From NCBI GenBank assembly GCA_903848795.1, contig CAINHC010000001.1:14915-78914 (forward strand): DNA of 64,000 nt. The letters are read 5' to 3'. The position numbers and the translations under genes were made by a program. Of this stretch, positions 21,701-30,561 are shown piece after piece. The notes beneath the pieces were generated by a model that was not told the origin of the DNA, made no database searches, and saw only the letters and a program-made list of their open reading frames with translations. The DNA is from an uncultured bacterium (lineage in GTDB: Bacteria > Patescibacteriota > Minisyncoccia > Phycocordibacterales > CAIZLB01). Numbering within the stretch: the stretch's first letter is position 1; each line of letters begins with the position of its first letter.

Positions 21701-22570
21701 GAGTGTCCATGGGGTTGTTGTCCAGGCTACAAAAGATGTTTTGGAACCTGCCGTCGAACCGTCACCTAGATTATAAAAAGATTTAATAACGCCAAGCGAG
21801 TCTTCCTTGATTTCAAATTTTACAAAGACTGAAATATCAGCAATGTCCTTATAGCCCTGTGCCACCTCAAAGTTTGAAAGTGGAGTTCCACAACGAGGGC
21901 AAATTTGCATCACTTTGTAGTCTTCGAATACCAAACCCTTTTTATTCAACTCACTAAATGACCACCAAACAGACTCTGTGTAACTTGAGTCCATTGTTCT
22001 GTAGTCATTGTCCATATCAGACCACCTACCAATTCTTTGCATTCTATCTTTCCACTCTCCTGTGTATTCCAAAACACTTTCTCTTGCAGCATTGTTAAAT
22101 TTATCAATACCGTATTCTTCAATAGCTTTCTTATCCTTCAAGCCAAGCTTTTTTTCTATCAAGTTTTCAATAGGTAGACCGTGACAATCCCACCCCCACT
22201 TTCTATCAACATGAAATCCACGCATGGTTTTATATCTCGGCATTAAATCCTTTAGGGAATTTGGCAAAATATGTCCGTAGTGAGGAAGACCTGTTGCATA
22301 AGGAGGTCCATCATAAAATACGAATTCCCCAAATGGTGCGTCCTTTTTAAGAGTTTGTTCAAAAATATGATTCTCATTCCAGAAAGCAAGTACGGCTTTT
22401 TCTTTTGTTGAAATTGCACTAACCGCAGTATCTGTGGTACCCGTAGCGTTTGTAATGTTTGCGGAATTTGTGACACCAGCTTTTTTATTAGTCTCAGACT
22501 TAGTTTGAACGGGTAGCCCTACCCCGTTTTGGCTTTTATCTTCGGCCAAATCATTTTGTTTTGAAGTCAT
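18737..22570 (-). CDS. ileS: Isoleucine--tRNA ligase (type 2) with inserted histidine-phosphatase domain
   Basis: 'DGPPYATGLPHYGH', 'WTTTPWTL', 'EGLDQTRGWFY', KMAKS; insert with 'MRHGEAESN'. Confidence 0.96.
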   Translation of the reverse strand: MTSKQNDLAEDKSQNGVGLPVQTKSETNKKAGVTNSANITNATGTTDTAVSAISTKEKAVLAFWNENHIFEQTLKKDAPFGEFVFYDGPPYATGLPHYGHILPNSLKDLMPRYKTMRGFHVDRKWGWDCHGLPIENLIEKKLGLKDKKAIEEYGIDKFNNAARESVLEYTGEWKDRMQRIGRWSDMDNDYRTMDSSYTESVWWSFSELNKKGLVFEDYKVMQICPRCGTPLSNFEVAQGYKDIADISVFVKFEIKEDSLGVIKSFYNLGDGSTAGSKTSFVAWTTTPWTLPGNVALAVNPELNYVCVSVKAPAGADGVVSAENYIFAESLLETLKNKKVIPEDCVVFPLIDFNKPLLGKDLVGISYEPVFDYYKKEGTLETSEKNRQNIWKVCDAAFVTAEDGTGIVHIAPAYGDDDMKLSKANNLPVIKHVGFDGCFVDLITEMKGKPAKPKEDHQSADVEIIKILAGKGVLLAKEKMIHSYPHCWRCETPLINFATTSLFVRTTSLKNELITENNKINWVPKEIGSGRFGEWLENIRDWAISRTRYWGAPVPMWKSESGKTEIIGSFAELKEKIRQGSNNNKYVLMRHGEAESNVRGIINSHDLNLYGLTEKGITQIKESADKLKNSGVSENVVASGNNRAITKIYASDFRRTKESAKIIAEALGLEESKIIYDVRLRECDGGELEGRSWDERLADFKTEDQRIFAKPAGGESVAEVKRRVAECLYEIDSVNKDENILIVAHGLPIRMMKEVANGRTTRDMIRSGWHDASDPNGSLHYIDFVQWPHTENFELDIHRPLIDSITWKNEDGEIMRRIPDVFDVWYDSGSMPFASQHYPFENKEEFEKADSKLFPADFIAEGLDQTRGWFYSLLCLGVSLFGKSPFKNVSVNGLILAEDGRKMAKSLNNYPELMGVVEKYGADSLRYFLVTSPAVTAEEVSFSEKSLDEINKKIFNRLDNVYTFYKTYSEMSGEDSVHSFCSLKSENVLDQWIWARLKKLNSDMTRDLDAYMISKAIRPIASFIDDLSTWYLRRSRDRFKGDNVVDRDFAISTLRAVLLNFSKLIAPAVPFSAEDLYQKVKVVDCDQINASANTENGMLSVHLEKWPDLGALSEKEEILLSNMESARALVEAGLSLRAKSQLKVRQPLASFIYNNKEGKSLSKDLEEIIKDELNVKSVAIGNEIILDTALTEDLKEEGMSRDLIRAVQEARKAFGFSPQDKIILEIEDSNVGKMLIEKYSKMISKTVLAESLILQDFEGGEAVSVGDQEVRFIIRPVK

Positions 22571-22613
22571 GGAAACATACTAGCATAAAAAATGAGTTTT
22601 GTTACCTGAGAGC

Positions 22614-22958
22614 TTACAAATGGTGGGCCTGCAAATATAAACAGATTTTGTTTTGGGCATCATGGATACTGCCGTTGATAGTTTTCCAGACCATTTTAAT
22701 ATCTATACTGAAATAGTCATGAGAAACTATATCTCTTAATCCCGTTATTTTCTTCCAAGGTATTTCAATTTCAGACAAAACGTCTTCCGGAATTCTTTTT
22801 GCTAATTCTCCAATTATTTGCAATTGCATAAGTACGGCGCTTTGAGTTTTTGAATCAATAGAAAATGAATCATAATCTAAACCTTCAATATATAGACCTA
22901 TTTTATTCATAGCCCCTAAAATAAGTTTTAAATAAGCTAGACTATCCTTGTTTTTCAT
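22614..22958 (-). CDS. HepT/DUF86 HEPN ribonuclease toxin
   Basis: 'IIGELAK...IPWKKITGLRDIVSHDYF' RX4HXY motif. Confidence 0.92.
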   Translation of the reverse strand: MKNKDSLAYLKLILGAMNKIGLYIEGLDYDSFSIDSKTQSAVLMQLQIIGELAKRIPEDVLSEIEIPWKKITGLRDIVSHDYFSIDIKMVWKTINGSIHDAQNKICLYLQAHHL

Positions 22959-23250
22959 CTTTATATAGAGGAATTAGATCTTTATAAATATAATCATGAA
23001 AATGAGAAATTACAGCGTCCTCGGACACCAAATCAACCTTTTTAGATAAAACCGCTTCTAATTTTTCTCTCAAATCAAAGAAATCTAATAGATCTATAGG
23101 TTTAGATATTTTAATCAAAATATCTACGTCACTTTCTGTATTATTATCTCCCCTAGCAAAACTACCAAACAAAGATGCACGCAAAACAAACTCCTGTTCC
23201 TTTAAGATTGGAGTGATTTTGTCTTTAATGTTTTGTATTTCATCTGTCAT
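22942..23250 (-). CDS. MntA minimal nucleotidyltransferase antitoxin
   Basis: 'LFGSFARGD...SDVDIL...KVDLV'; overlaps hepT; start ATG 23250 behind TGCTATAAT. Confidence 0.92.
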   Translation of the reverse strand: MTDEIQNIKDKITPILKEQEFVLRASLFGSFARGDNNTESDVDILIKISKPIDLLDFFDLREKLEAVLSKKVDLVSEDAVISHFHDYIYKDLIPLYKDEKQG

Positions 23251-23272
23251 GGTGAGATTATAGCACCCGGTG

Positions 23273-23342
23273 GACGATTCTCCAAAATCGTCGTTTGGAC
23301 GATTCTCCAAAATCGCCCAGTAGGTGATTCACCAGAATCATC
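23273..23342. repeat. Three 20-bp palindromes (GRYGATTC-N4-RAATCRYC) at 25-bp period
   Basis: Copies at 23273, 23298, 23323. Confidence 0.75.
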
Positions 23343-23343
23343 G

Positions 23344-25164
23344 TTACATCCTACTTGGCACCTTAATTCCCAAAACATTCAAACCATTAGTTAATACAGT
23401 CAGTACCGCCTTAGTTAGCAGAACCTTATATGGAGTCAAAATATCTCCCTCTACAACAATTTGAGTATTAGCATAAAAGGAATTAAATTCAGATGCGATG
23501 TCCAGCAAATATTGTCCAACATAATGGGGGGCATGTTCAGTCTCAGATCGCAAAAGGACCTCAGGGAATCTTACAAGCATCTTTTCTAACTTACCTCCCG
23601 CCCAATCTAGTTGGCAGATTTTTGGACTATTTGCATTATTCAAATCATTGTTCAAATCTCCTAGATTAATATCCTCCACGTTAATTGAAACACCCTGCTT
23701 CTTTGCTTTTTCTAATACAGATTTAGCACGCACACAAGAATATTGAAGGTATGGTCCCGAGTCACCCTCAAATGAAAGGGATTTTTGTGGATCAAATATT
23801 ATGTCCTTTCCAATTGTTTGTCTAAGTATCGTATATTTGATTGCCGCAACAGCGATTTGCTCTGCAATTTCCTTTCGCTCCCCAGCCCCAATCTCACGTT
23901 CTTTCATTTTTTCTAGTGCCAACTCAGTCATGTCATGCAGCATCGATTCCCCCGTAACAACATCTCCGGTTCTTGAAGACATCTTTCCTGTAGTCAGACG
24001 GAGCATTCCGTGTGATAGGTGAAAATTCTTCTTTGCAATTTCTGGATAAATTTGTTCAATGGCTTTATAAGAAACAGCCAAGACATTATCTTGTTCGTTA
24101 GCAGTAATTGTATAGGAAATATCGTATGGATCTTTATTGTATTTTAGAAGTGCCAAACCTACTTCCTTTGCCTCATAAGTCGGTAGACCAAATTTGTTTA
24201 TGAATACACGAGTGTTTAGTCCATAGTTTTCTCCCTTAAAGATAATAGCCCCTTCACTCTCTTCAAAAATCCCACTCTTTATTCCTTTCTGAACTTCCTC
24301 AAGCCCCACCACCGAGCTATCACTCTCAAAGAAATACTCGTTGAATTTAGTTCCAAGTACTTTGTAAATTTCCTCGAAGTGATCCATGCTCCATTTCTTT
24401 CCTAAATCATACAGAGCATTCATTTCGAAATCAGACTTATCATAAATCTTTTTATTTATTTCTTGAACAATAGCTTCATCCTCTGGATGATCCTTAAAAT
24501 GAGTTGCGCCTTTTGCGTATATTTTCCCCAAAAAGGCAACTTTATCGCTAAGTGACATTGAATCACTTGGCCACTCCATTCCCTCTTCCTTTTTTAGTAA
24601 ATCAAAACCGTAGAATGTAAAAGCAACATGCCTACCAACGTCCCCCTGATAGCAATATCTTTTAACATTTCCCCCAGACCACTCCCCAATTCTAGCCAAA
24701 GACTCACCGATTGCATTCGACATAAGATGCCCAATATGAAATTGTTTAAATGGGTTAGGGTCTGTATACTCGTAAATCATTTTCTTGCCATTGTGCAAGT
24801 TTGATTTTCCATAATTTTCTCCTCCTGACCCACCCTTAGTTTCATCCAATATTTCTTTTATCAATTCCAACGTAACCTCCTCCGTCATATAGAAGTTAAT
24901 GAATCCAGGACCCGCCACTTCAACTTTTTTAACACCACTCAATGAACCCCCAGAAATAAACACCTGAAGCTTTTCTAAAATTTGATTCGCTAACTCCACC
25001 GGCTTCACGCCAAGCTTTGGCGCCAATATCATAGCTACATTTGTCGAATAATCTCCATGAGATAAATCCCCCGGTCTGTCCAGTAGATTCTTTCCAGTCA
25101 AAAAATCGTCCTGCCCATGCTCTGAGACGGCCCCTAATATAGCTTCAATAATAACTTTATTCAT
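23344..25164 (-). CDS. argS: Arginine--tRNA ligase
   Basis: 'HGDYSTN', 'AGPGFINF', 'PNPFKQFHIGH', 'GDSGPYLQY', C-terminal 'PSRM'. Confidence 0.97.
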   Translation of the reverse strand: MNKVIIEAILGAVSEHGQDDFLTGKNLLDRPGDLSHGDYSTNVAMILAPKLGVKPVELANQILEKLQVFISGGSLSGVKKVEVAGPGFINFYMTEEVTLELIKEILDETKGGSGGENYGKSNLHNGKKMIYEYTDPNPFKQFHIGHLMSNAIGESLARIGEWSGGNVKRYCYQGDVGRHVAFTFYGFDLLKKEEGMEWPSDSMSLSDKVAFLGKIYAKGATHFKDHPEDEAIVQEINKKIYDKSDFEMNALYDLGKKWSMDHFEEIYKVLGTKFNEYFFESDSSVVGLEEVQKGIKSGIFEESEGAIIFKGENYGLNTRVFINKFGLPTYEAKEVGLALLKYNKDPYDISYTITANEQDNVLAVSYKAIEQIYPEIAKKNFHLSHGMLRLTTGKMSSRTGDVVTGESMLHDMTELALEKMKEREIGAGERKEIAEQIAVAAIKYTILRQTIGKDIIFDPQKSLSFEGDSGPYLQYSCVRAKSVLEKAKKQGVSINVEDINLGDLNNDLNNANSPKICQLDWAGGKLEKMLVRFPEVLLRSETEHAPHYVGQYLLDIASEFNSFYANTQIVVEGDILTPYKVLLTKAVLTVLTNGLNVLGIKVPSRM

Positions 25165-25216
25165 AGTGGTATATTATCATGCAATCGCAGAATCACAATA
25201 TCTATTTTGAAAAAAT

Positions 25217-25244
25217 TTGACGATTCTGTTGAAAGTGCTATTAT
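25217..25244 (+). promoter_or_regulatory. Sigma70-type promoter (TTGACG-16-TATTAT, extended -10 TG) with no downstream ORF
   Basis: TTGACG 25217-25222, TG 25236-25237, TATTAT 25239-25244. Confidence 0.6.
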
Positions 25245-25249
25245 ATATG

Positions 25250-25360
25250 AGTTCCCTTTATGGGGCTTTTAAGACCTGGTAAAACAGGCACGGTATAGTA
25301 ACGGCGAAAGCAAGCCAACTATACCGTCTAGAAAAAACCGTCTTGTACGGTTTTTTCTTT
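25250..25360 (+). ncRNA. Candidate structured sRNA convergent with second PemK/MazF gene
   Basis: 5' hairpin, GACCTG-GTAAAA-CAGGCA (25273-25290), 10-bp stem 25290-25299/25318-25327, terminator 25331-25357. Confidence 0.5.
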
Positions 25361-25411
25361 TGAATATTTTATAAATAGTGACGTATGATATTAGAAATAC
25401 TCACTTTTATT

Positions 25412-25793
25412 CTATAATCGATGAGCTTTTTTGACCGCATCTTTTACGGATGACAATAAATCGGGATCAATTTCTGGGGAACTCCTCAATCCTGTTTTAG
25501 AATCCCTAACGAGATATAGCCTCTCCAAACATACAACATTTATCATATCGCATTTTATCCAAGACTTTTTATTGTCTAGATGAATTGAACAAAACAGTGG
25601 ATCCATTTGTATGTGATAATCAAGCATTGGATCTGGCTTTGTTACACTTATTGGAACAACACTTATTAATTCTCTTGTTGTGCCTATGTTTTGAAATAAC
25701 AATCACAGGTCTTTTCTTGACCATTTCTGGCTCTATAAAACCTTCATAGTCACAATAGACTACCGACCCTGGTTTTGGTTGAAAATTTAACAT
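25412..25793 (-). pseudogene. PemK/MazF-family toxin with +1 frameshift near 25676
   Basis: ATG 25793 gives MLNFQPKPGSVVYCDYEGFIEPEMVKKRPVIVISKHRHN; homology continues in another frame as RELISVVPIS...SWIKCDMINVVCLERL; span is 382 nt (3n+1). Confidence 0.8.
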
Positions 25794-25938
25794 TGCTCAC
25801 AATAATATTATATTTTTTATAAAACGTAAAATATAAAACAAAATCTAATCGTTTTATCACAAAGTATTGTTTCTAAATTATAGTACACAGCATTAGAACC
25901 TATTTATTTTAATCCATTGTTATATAATTTTTAAAAAA

Positions 25939-26240
25939 TTATTTTACATCAACAAACTTCCCGTTCTCAACCTTATACATTTCATACGCCGCCTCGGTTA
26001 GATCACCGTTTTTGTCAAAACCTATTGGACCGGTTGCACCCCTAAAATCTTTTAGGTCATAAAGATTATTTTTAAAACATTCGGAATCTGGTTTTTTACA
26101 TTTAGATAAGACACTTCCAATAGCCATGAGTGCATCATAAGATCTAGCGCCAACAGCCTGATTAATACTTGGGTAATCACTATAATACTTCTTGAAAGAA
26201 TCCTCAAACTTTTTAGCCTCTGTGGACAAAGAAGCACTCG
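25939..26240 (-). pseudogene. C-terminal fragment of an ABC-transporter (branched-chain amino acid type) substrate-binding protein
   Basis: 'ARSYDAL...DFRGATGPIGFDKNGD...YKVENGKFV'; N-terminal part and signal peptide absent. Confidence 0.65.
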
Positions 26241-26279
26241 GACCAAACAGGGGCGTGTTATTGTCGGCACACCTCACGG

Positions 26280-26360
26280 TTTGGTATCACAGCAAAAGAC
26301 TGGAGAGATACAAACCCGAAACTTGAAGGTAACATCAGAGACTATGCAAACGTTGTGTAA
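26280..26360 (+). pseudogene. Remnant resembling the C-terminal part of KilA-N domain proteins
   Basis: Translates to FGITAKDWRDTNPKLEGNIRDYANVV*, matching the recalled 'FGxTAKxWRxxNP...GNIRDYA' motif; no start codon. Confidence 0.55.
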
Positions 26361-26495
26361 ATACTTTCTCTTGCTTATAGGGGTTATTTCATCATTTGCA
26401 CGGCTCAAAATAAGCTTATGGTAGGTTATACAGCGATATTGTAGTATGACACTACAATACTTGCGTCACATTTGTTTATTTGATATACTAAATAC

Positions 26496-27620
26496 ATGTA
26501 TATAAACAGATTTCCAAAAATTGAAGATAAAATAGAGGCCGGCAAAGTGCTAGTTATTTATGGTGCCAGACAAGTAGGTAAATCTTCTCTTGTAAAACAT
26601 TACCTAGGTGGATTAGATGAAAAATACCTATTTTTCAACGGAGAAGACGTAAATGTTCAATCCATCTTTTCCTCTATGAATCTCAAGACACTAAACGAAG
26701 CTATTGGGAACACCAACCTGATCATCTTGGATGAAGCTCAAGTTATACCTAATGTTGGCACATCTCTTAAACTTCTAGTTGATACACACCCAAACCTAAA
26801 AGTAATTGCGACCGGATCTTCATCTTTTGAACTTTCAGGTCAAATTGGAGAACCCCTTGTTGGCAGAATGAATGTCATCACCCTATTCCCTTTTTGGGAA
26901 AAGGAGGTTGCAGAATCTCATTTAAATGATTTTATAGATAACATGGACTTCGCCTTACGCTTTGGTAGATACCCTGCAGTTGTAAAAACACAAATTATTG
27001 ATGAAAAAAAAGAAATCCTAACTAACATAGTCAATGGATATTTGCTCAAAGATATATTAGCCTTTGAAAGGGTTAAAAACTCCAAATTGATTTTAGATTT
27101 GCTCAAACTTCTCGCTTATCAAGTGGGAAGCGAGGTTTCTATTCACGAGATTGCCACCAGATTATCCATAGCGAGGGATACTGTAAATAGATTGCTTAAT
27201 TTGCTAGAACAAAACTTTATTATATTTTCCCTACGTTCTTATGCAAAAAACTTAAGAAATGAGATACGGAAGAAAGAAAAATACTATTTTTACGATCTTG
27301 GAATAAGAAATACTTTAATAGAGAATTTCAACGAGATAAGCACCAGAAATGATATGGGTGCCTTGTGGGAAAATTTCTTAATAGTAGAAAGGATTAAGAG
27401 AAATAAATATATAGAACCATATAAATCAATATATTTCTGGAGAAAATCTACTGGAGCAGAGGTTGATTTTATAGAAATATATAACGACACGATCAGCGGT
27501 TATGAATTCTCCATTAAAGAAAAGAGAAATAACAAATCCAAACAGTCCTGGGTCAATGACTACCCTAAATCTACATGGAAAAATATAAATATGGAAAACT
27601 ATAACGAGTTTATTATCTAA
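26496..27620 (+). CDS. AAA+ ATPase (AAA_14 + DUF4143)
   Basis: GARQVGKS, 'ILDEAQ', 'ATGSSS', 'KYYFYDLGIRN', 'AEVDFIE'. Confidence 0.9.
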   Translation: MYINRFPKIEDKIEAGKVLVIYGARQVGKSSLVKHYLGGLDEKYLFFNGEDVNVQSIFSSMNLKTLNEAIGNTNLIILDEAQVIPNVGTSLKLLVDTHPNLKVIATGSSSFELSGQIGEPLVGRMNVITLFPFWEKEVAESHLNDFIDNMDFALRFGRYPAVVKTQIIDEKKEILTNIVNGYLLKDILAFERVKNSKLILDLLKLLAYQVGSEVSIHEIATRLSIARDTVNRLLNLLEQNFIIFSLRSYAKNLRNEIRKKEKYYFYDLGIRNTLIENFNEISTRNDMGALWENFLIVERIKRNKYIEPYKSIYFWRKSTGAEVDFIEIYNDTISGYEFSIKEKRNNKSKQSWVNDYPKSTWKNINMENYNEFII

Positions 27621-27717
27621 ACCTACAAAACCTCACGGTTTTGTCCATGAGGTTTTGTTATGAGACCTTTACAGGCTCGATCAGGCTCGATTCCGAGTCC
27701 TATATAGAATAGGAAGA

Positions 27718-28143
27718 TTATGCTACAACGTCAATTCCCAAAGAAGCACATGTTCCCTCTATCATCTTCATGGCTCCTTCTATATCCTTTGAGTTCAGGT
27801 CAGGCATCTTTCTCTCTGCGATTGCCTTAACTTGAGCTTTTGTAATCTTTCCAACTTTCTTTGTATTTGGGTGACCTGATCCCTTCTCAACTCCAATTGC
27901 CTTTAGAACAAGAGAAGCTGCGGGAGGAGTCTTAAGAACAAAATCAAAAGTTCTATCCTCAAAAACTGAGATTACAACAGGAATAATGTCGCCTACCATA
28001 GTAGCTGTTGCATCGTTGAATCTTTTTACGAATTCACCAATGTTAACACCAGCTTGACCAAGTGCAGGACCTACCGGTGGAGCAGGATTTGCCTTTCCAG
28101 CAGGAATTTGTAATTTTAATGATTTGATTATTTTTTTTGCCAT
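27718..28143 (-). CDS. rplK: 50S ribosomal protein L11
   Basis: '[16 protein letters not shown]'. Confidence 0.98.
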   Translation of the reverse strand: MAKKIIKSLKLQIPAGKANPAPPVGPALGQAGVNIGEFVKRFNDATATMVGDIIPVVISVFEDRTFDFVLKTPPAASLVLKAIGVEKGSGHPNTKKVGKITKAQVKAIAERKMPDLNSKDIEGAMKMIEGTCASLGIDVVA

Positions 28144-28231
28144 AAATATATATTAATTGTTTTTCTTTATTTATGGCCACAAGACGCGAGAGAAGCGCAG
28201 GCGTATCTGGCCAAAGTTCTTATAAAATACC

Positions 28232-28774
28232 TTAAATTGTCTTAACTTGCAAGAAGTCCAGCTCAACAGGTGTCTCACGACCGAACATTGATACAAGGAC
28301 CCTAACCTTTCCTCTATCTGTATCAACCTCTGAAACCTTGCCTTCTAGGTCCTTAAATGGGCCGTCAGCCACCTTAACAAGGTCTCCGATGTTTAGATTA
28401 ATGGTGTGTTTTATGTTATCACTAGACATTCTTCTGAATAATTCCTCAACCTCCTTCTTCTCAAGAGGAACAGGAGTTGTACCAGAACCTACGAATCCAG
28501 TAACTCTAGGTGTATTTCTAACCATATACCACGTATCATCGTTCACGATCATATCCACCAAGATATATCCTGGGTAAATTTTTTCATCCTCCTCTATTCT
28601 TTTACTTCCCTTTATCTTAATCTTCTTTTCTGTTGGAACAATTACATTGAATATACGATCGTCCATACACAATGACTCAATACGCTGTTTGAGGTTTCTC
28701 ATAACGGCGTTTTCATATCCAGCGTATGTGTGAATTGCATACCAATTCCTCTCTCCTTGTTCTTGTTTTGACAT
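28232..28774 (-). CDS. nusG: Transcription termination/antitermination factor NusG
   Basis: 'WYAIHTYAGYE', 'YPGYILV', KOW 'DGPF', 'MFGRETPVEL'. Confidence 0.98.
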   Translation of the reverse strand: MSKQEQGERNWYAIHTYAGYENAVMRNLKQRIESLCMDDRIFNVIVPTEKKIKIKGSKRIEEDEKIYPGYILVDMIVNDDTWYMVRNTPRVTGFVGSGTTPVPLEKKEVEELFRRMSSDNIKHTINLNIGDLVKVADGPFKDLEGKVSEVDTDRGKVRVLVSMFGRETPVELDFLQVKTI

Positions 28775-28794
28775 GGTTATTTAAAAATTAGCTT

Positions 28795-28983
28795 TTAAAA
28801 TGAACGTAATATAAAGCTTTTGAACAAGCCTGTAAAAACGGTATCAAGACCAGAAACATACAAAGCAACAACCAACGAAACAACAATAACTAGTGTTGTG
28901 TAAACAATAGTCTGCTTTCTTGTTGGCCAGCTTACATGTTTCATTTCTGATGTTGTCTCACTTATATATTGTTTTATTGACAT
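28795..28983 (-). CDS. secE: Preprotein translocase subunit SecE
   Basis: 'EMKHVSWPT' plus one TM helix; upstream of nusG. Confidence 0.95.
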   Translation of the reverse strand: MSIKQYISETTSEMKHVSWPTRKQTIVYTTLVIVVSLVVALYVSGLDTVFTGLFKSFILRSF

Positions 28984-29220
28984 ATATTTTGGTATTTTAA
29001 AACACCCTTTCGGGCGCCTTTAGTTGTTATTTTAACACAAAGAAGTATATAGTGTAAAATGTCAAAAGTCAATATTTGACATTTAAATCGAATATTGCAT
29101 ACTAGCATATAGTTTTAGTACCATAGACAAATTTACTATACAAATCAGTCCCCCACCATCCTCCCCGAGGTTGGAAAATTGAGAGATTGAGAGTGTAGTC
29201 AATTCCACCAATTTAATAAA

Positions 29221-29454
29221 ATGTTCCAAAAATTTATTTCAAGCCCACAAGAAGTGATCACAGTTATGATTTCAATATCGTTTCTAATTGGATTTATAAA
29301 TTTTTTTGGCTATTGCCATCACAAGAAAATCAACCCAATGACGATGAATATCACCCACTTCCTCAAGATGTTCTTCGGTTTCGTGCTGATGGGACTATTT
29401 GGCCTAGCTATATATTTTACCATGAAGGATGACGAAGAGACCCATCATGGATAG
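29221..29454 (+). CDS. Small two-TM hypothetical protein in a self-contained cassette
   Basis: TTGACA 29076 / CATACT 29098 upstream; terminator 29475-29500. Confidence 0.55.
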   Translation: MFQKFISSPQEVITVMISISFLIGFINFFGYCHHKKINPMTMNITHFLKMFFGFVLMGLFGLAIYFTMKDDEETHHG

Positions 29455-29591
29455 AACTCAAAAGTGTCTTACACTTAACCCCGCCATTCGGCGGGGTTAA
29501 TTTTATACCAAAACAAAAAAGACCATTCTATTAAGGTCTTTAATGAATTTGTATCATGCAGACGCAGATGTCGAGCTGACACTGAATAAAT

Positions 29592-30554
29592 CTATTTTAT
29601 ACTATAAGTAACACTCACATCAGACGTAATTTTATCTTCCCCAACAGGTAAATTAGCAGACAATGAATCAGCTGCGCCTACCATTTTTTCACTCATCATA
29701 ACGGGGTATGGATATCCACCACCTGCATTTTCAGAAAAAGATGTTACCTTACCCAATTTTACCCCCAGGGCGCTGGCGATATCGACGGCCTGAAGTTTTG
29801 CTTTTTGAATAGCCTGACCCTGAAGAGATTGTTTTATCTTATCCATATTATCTACAAAGCTTGCAAGGTCATTGACAGTAACCCCAGCATTTCCAACCAA
29901 ATTAACTAAAGTACCAGCCAAATCTGGATTTTTACTTATTTCTGTGATTTTTACTTCCATCGATTGATTGGTCTCGTATCCAACAATCTCTGATGTTCTA
30001 TCGACACAGGCAGAAACAGAAGACACAGATGGAGCAACCTGAATAGTTGATACTGAGGTGGGTGCACCAATCATCTTACTTGCAGAAACCGCAGAAGGAG
30101 CTTTAGCAGAAGAAATTAAGGTCGCCACCTTCCCCTTCACAACAGTCGCTTGGGCTGATGAACAAGAAGTAGTTCTCGAACTATATTTTGGATATGTATT
30201 AAAATTTAATGTCTTAATATTTTTATCTAAAACTCCATTTTGTTTTAGGATAACAATAGCAGAATTTATTTTATTTGTCGTAGCATCTTGCGATGACTTA
30301 ATATCCTTTCCAAATTCTGTTACTGATATTGTAAATTTTGTAGTGTCTGGCTTCACGCTAATTTCACTATGACCTGATACAGTGATAGTATTTTGATTTA
30401 TATTCCCACCCCCCTTGTCTTCTGTTGAAATTTTAGATATAGCAAGAATGGTTACTGACAATATGAATAAAATTGAAACGAATTTTAATAATGAATTTAG
30501 TTCTAGGATTTTTTTTGACTCATTAGTATTTTTAATATCTTTTTTGATTACCAT
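29592..30554 (-). CDS. SIMPL/DUF541 domain protein
   Basis: 'TITVSGHSEISVKPD', 'AIQKAK...IASALGVKLGKV', 'GEDKITSDVSVTYSI'; start refined to 30554. Confidence 0.85.
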   Translation of the reverse strand: MVIKKDIKNTNESKKILELNSLLKFVSILFILSVTILAISKISTEDKGGGNINQNTITVSGHSEISVKPDTTKFTISVTEFGKDIKSSQDATTNKINSAIVILKQNGVLDKNIKTLNFNTYPKYSSRTTSCSSAQATVVKGKVATLISSAKAPSAVSASKMIGAPTSVSTIQVAPSVSSVSACVDRTSEIVGYETNQSMEVKITEISKNPDLAGTLVNLVGNAGVTVNDLASFVDNMDKIKQSLQGQAIQKAKLQAVDIASALGVKLGKVTSFSENAGGGYPYPVMMSEKMVGAADSLSANLPVGEDKITSDVSVTYSIK

Positions 30555-30561
30555 ACATACA

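Noticed and set aside
23273-23342. Mini CRISPR array
   Set aside because: Only three degenerate 20-bp units with 5-bp spacers (17 bp at 33234) and no cas genes in the window
28165-28215. L1-binding rplK leader RNA
   Set aside because: A hairpin is present, but I cannot see the conserved L1-binding motif
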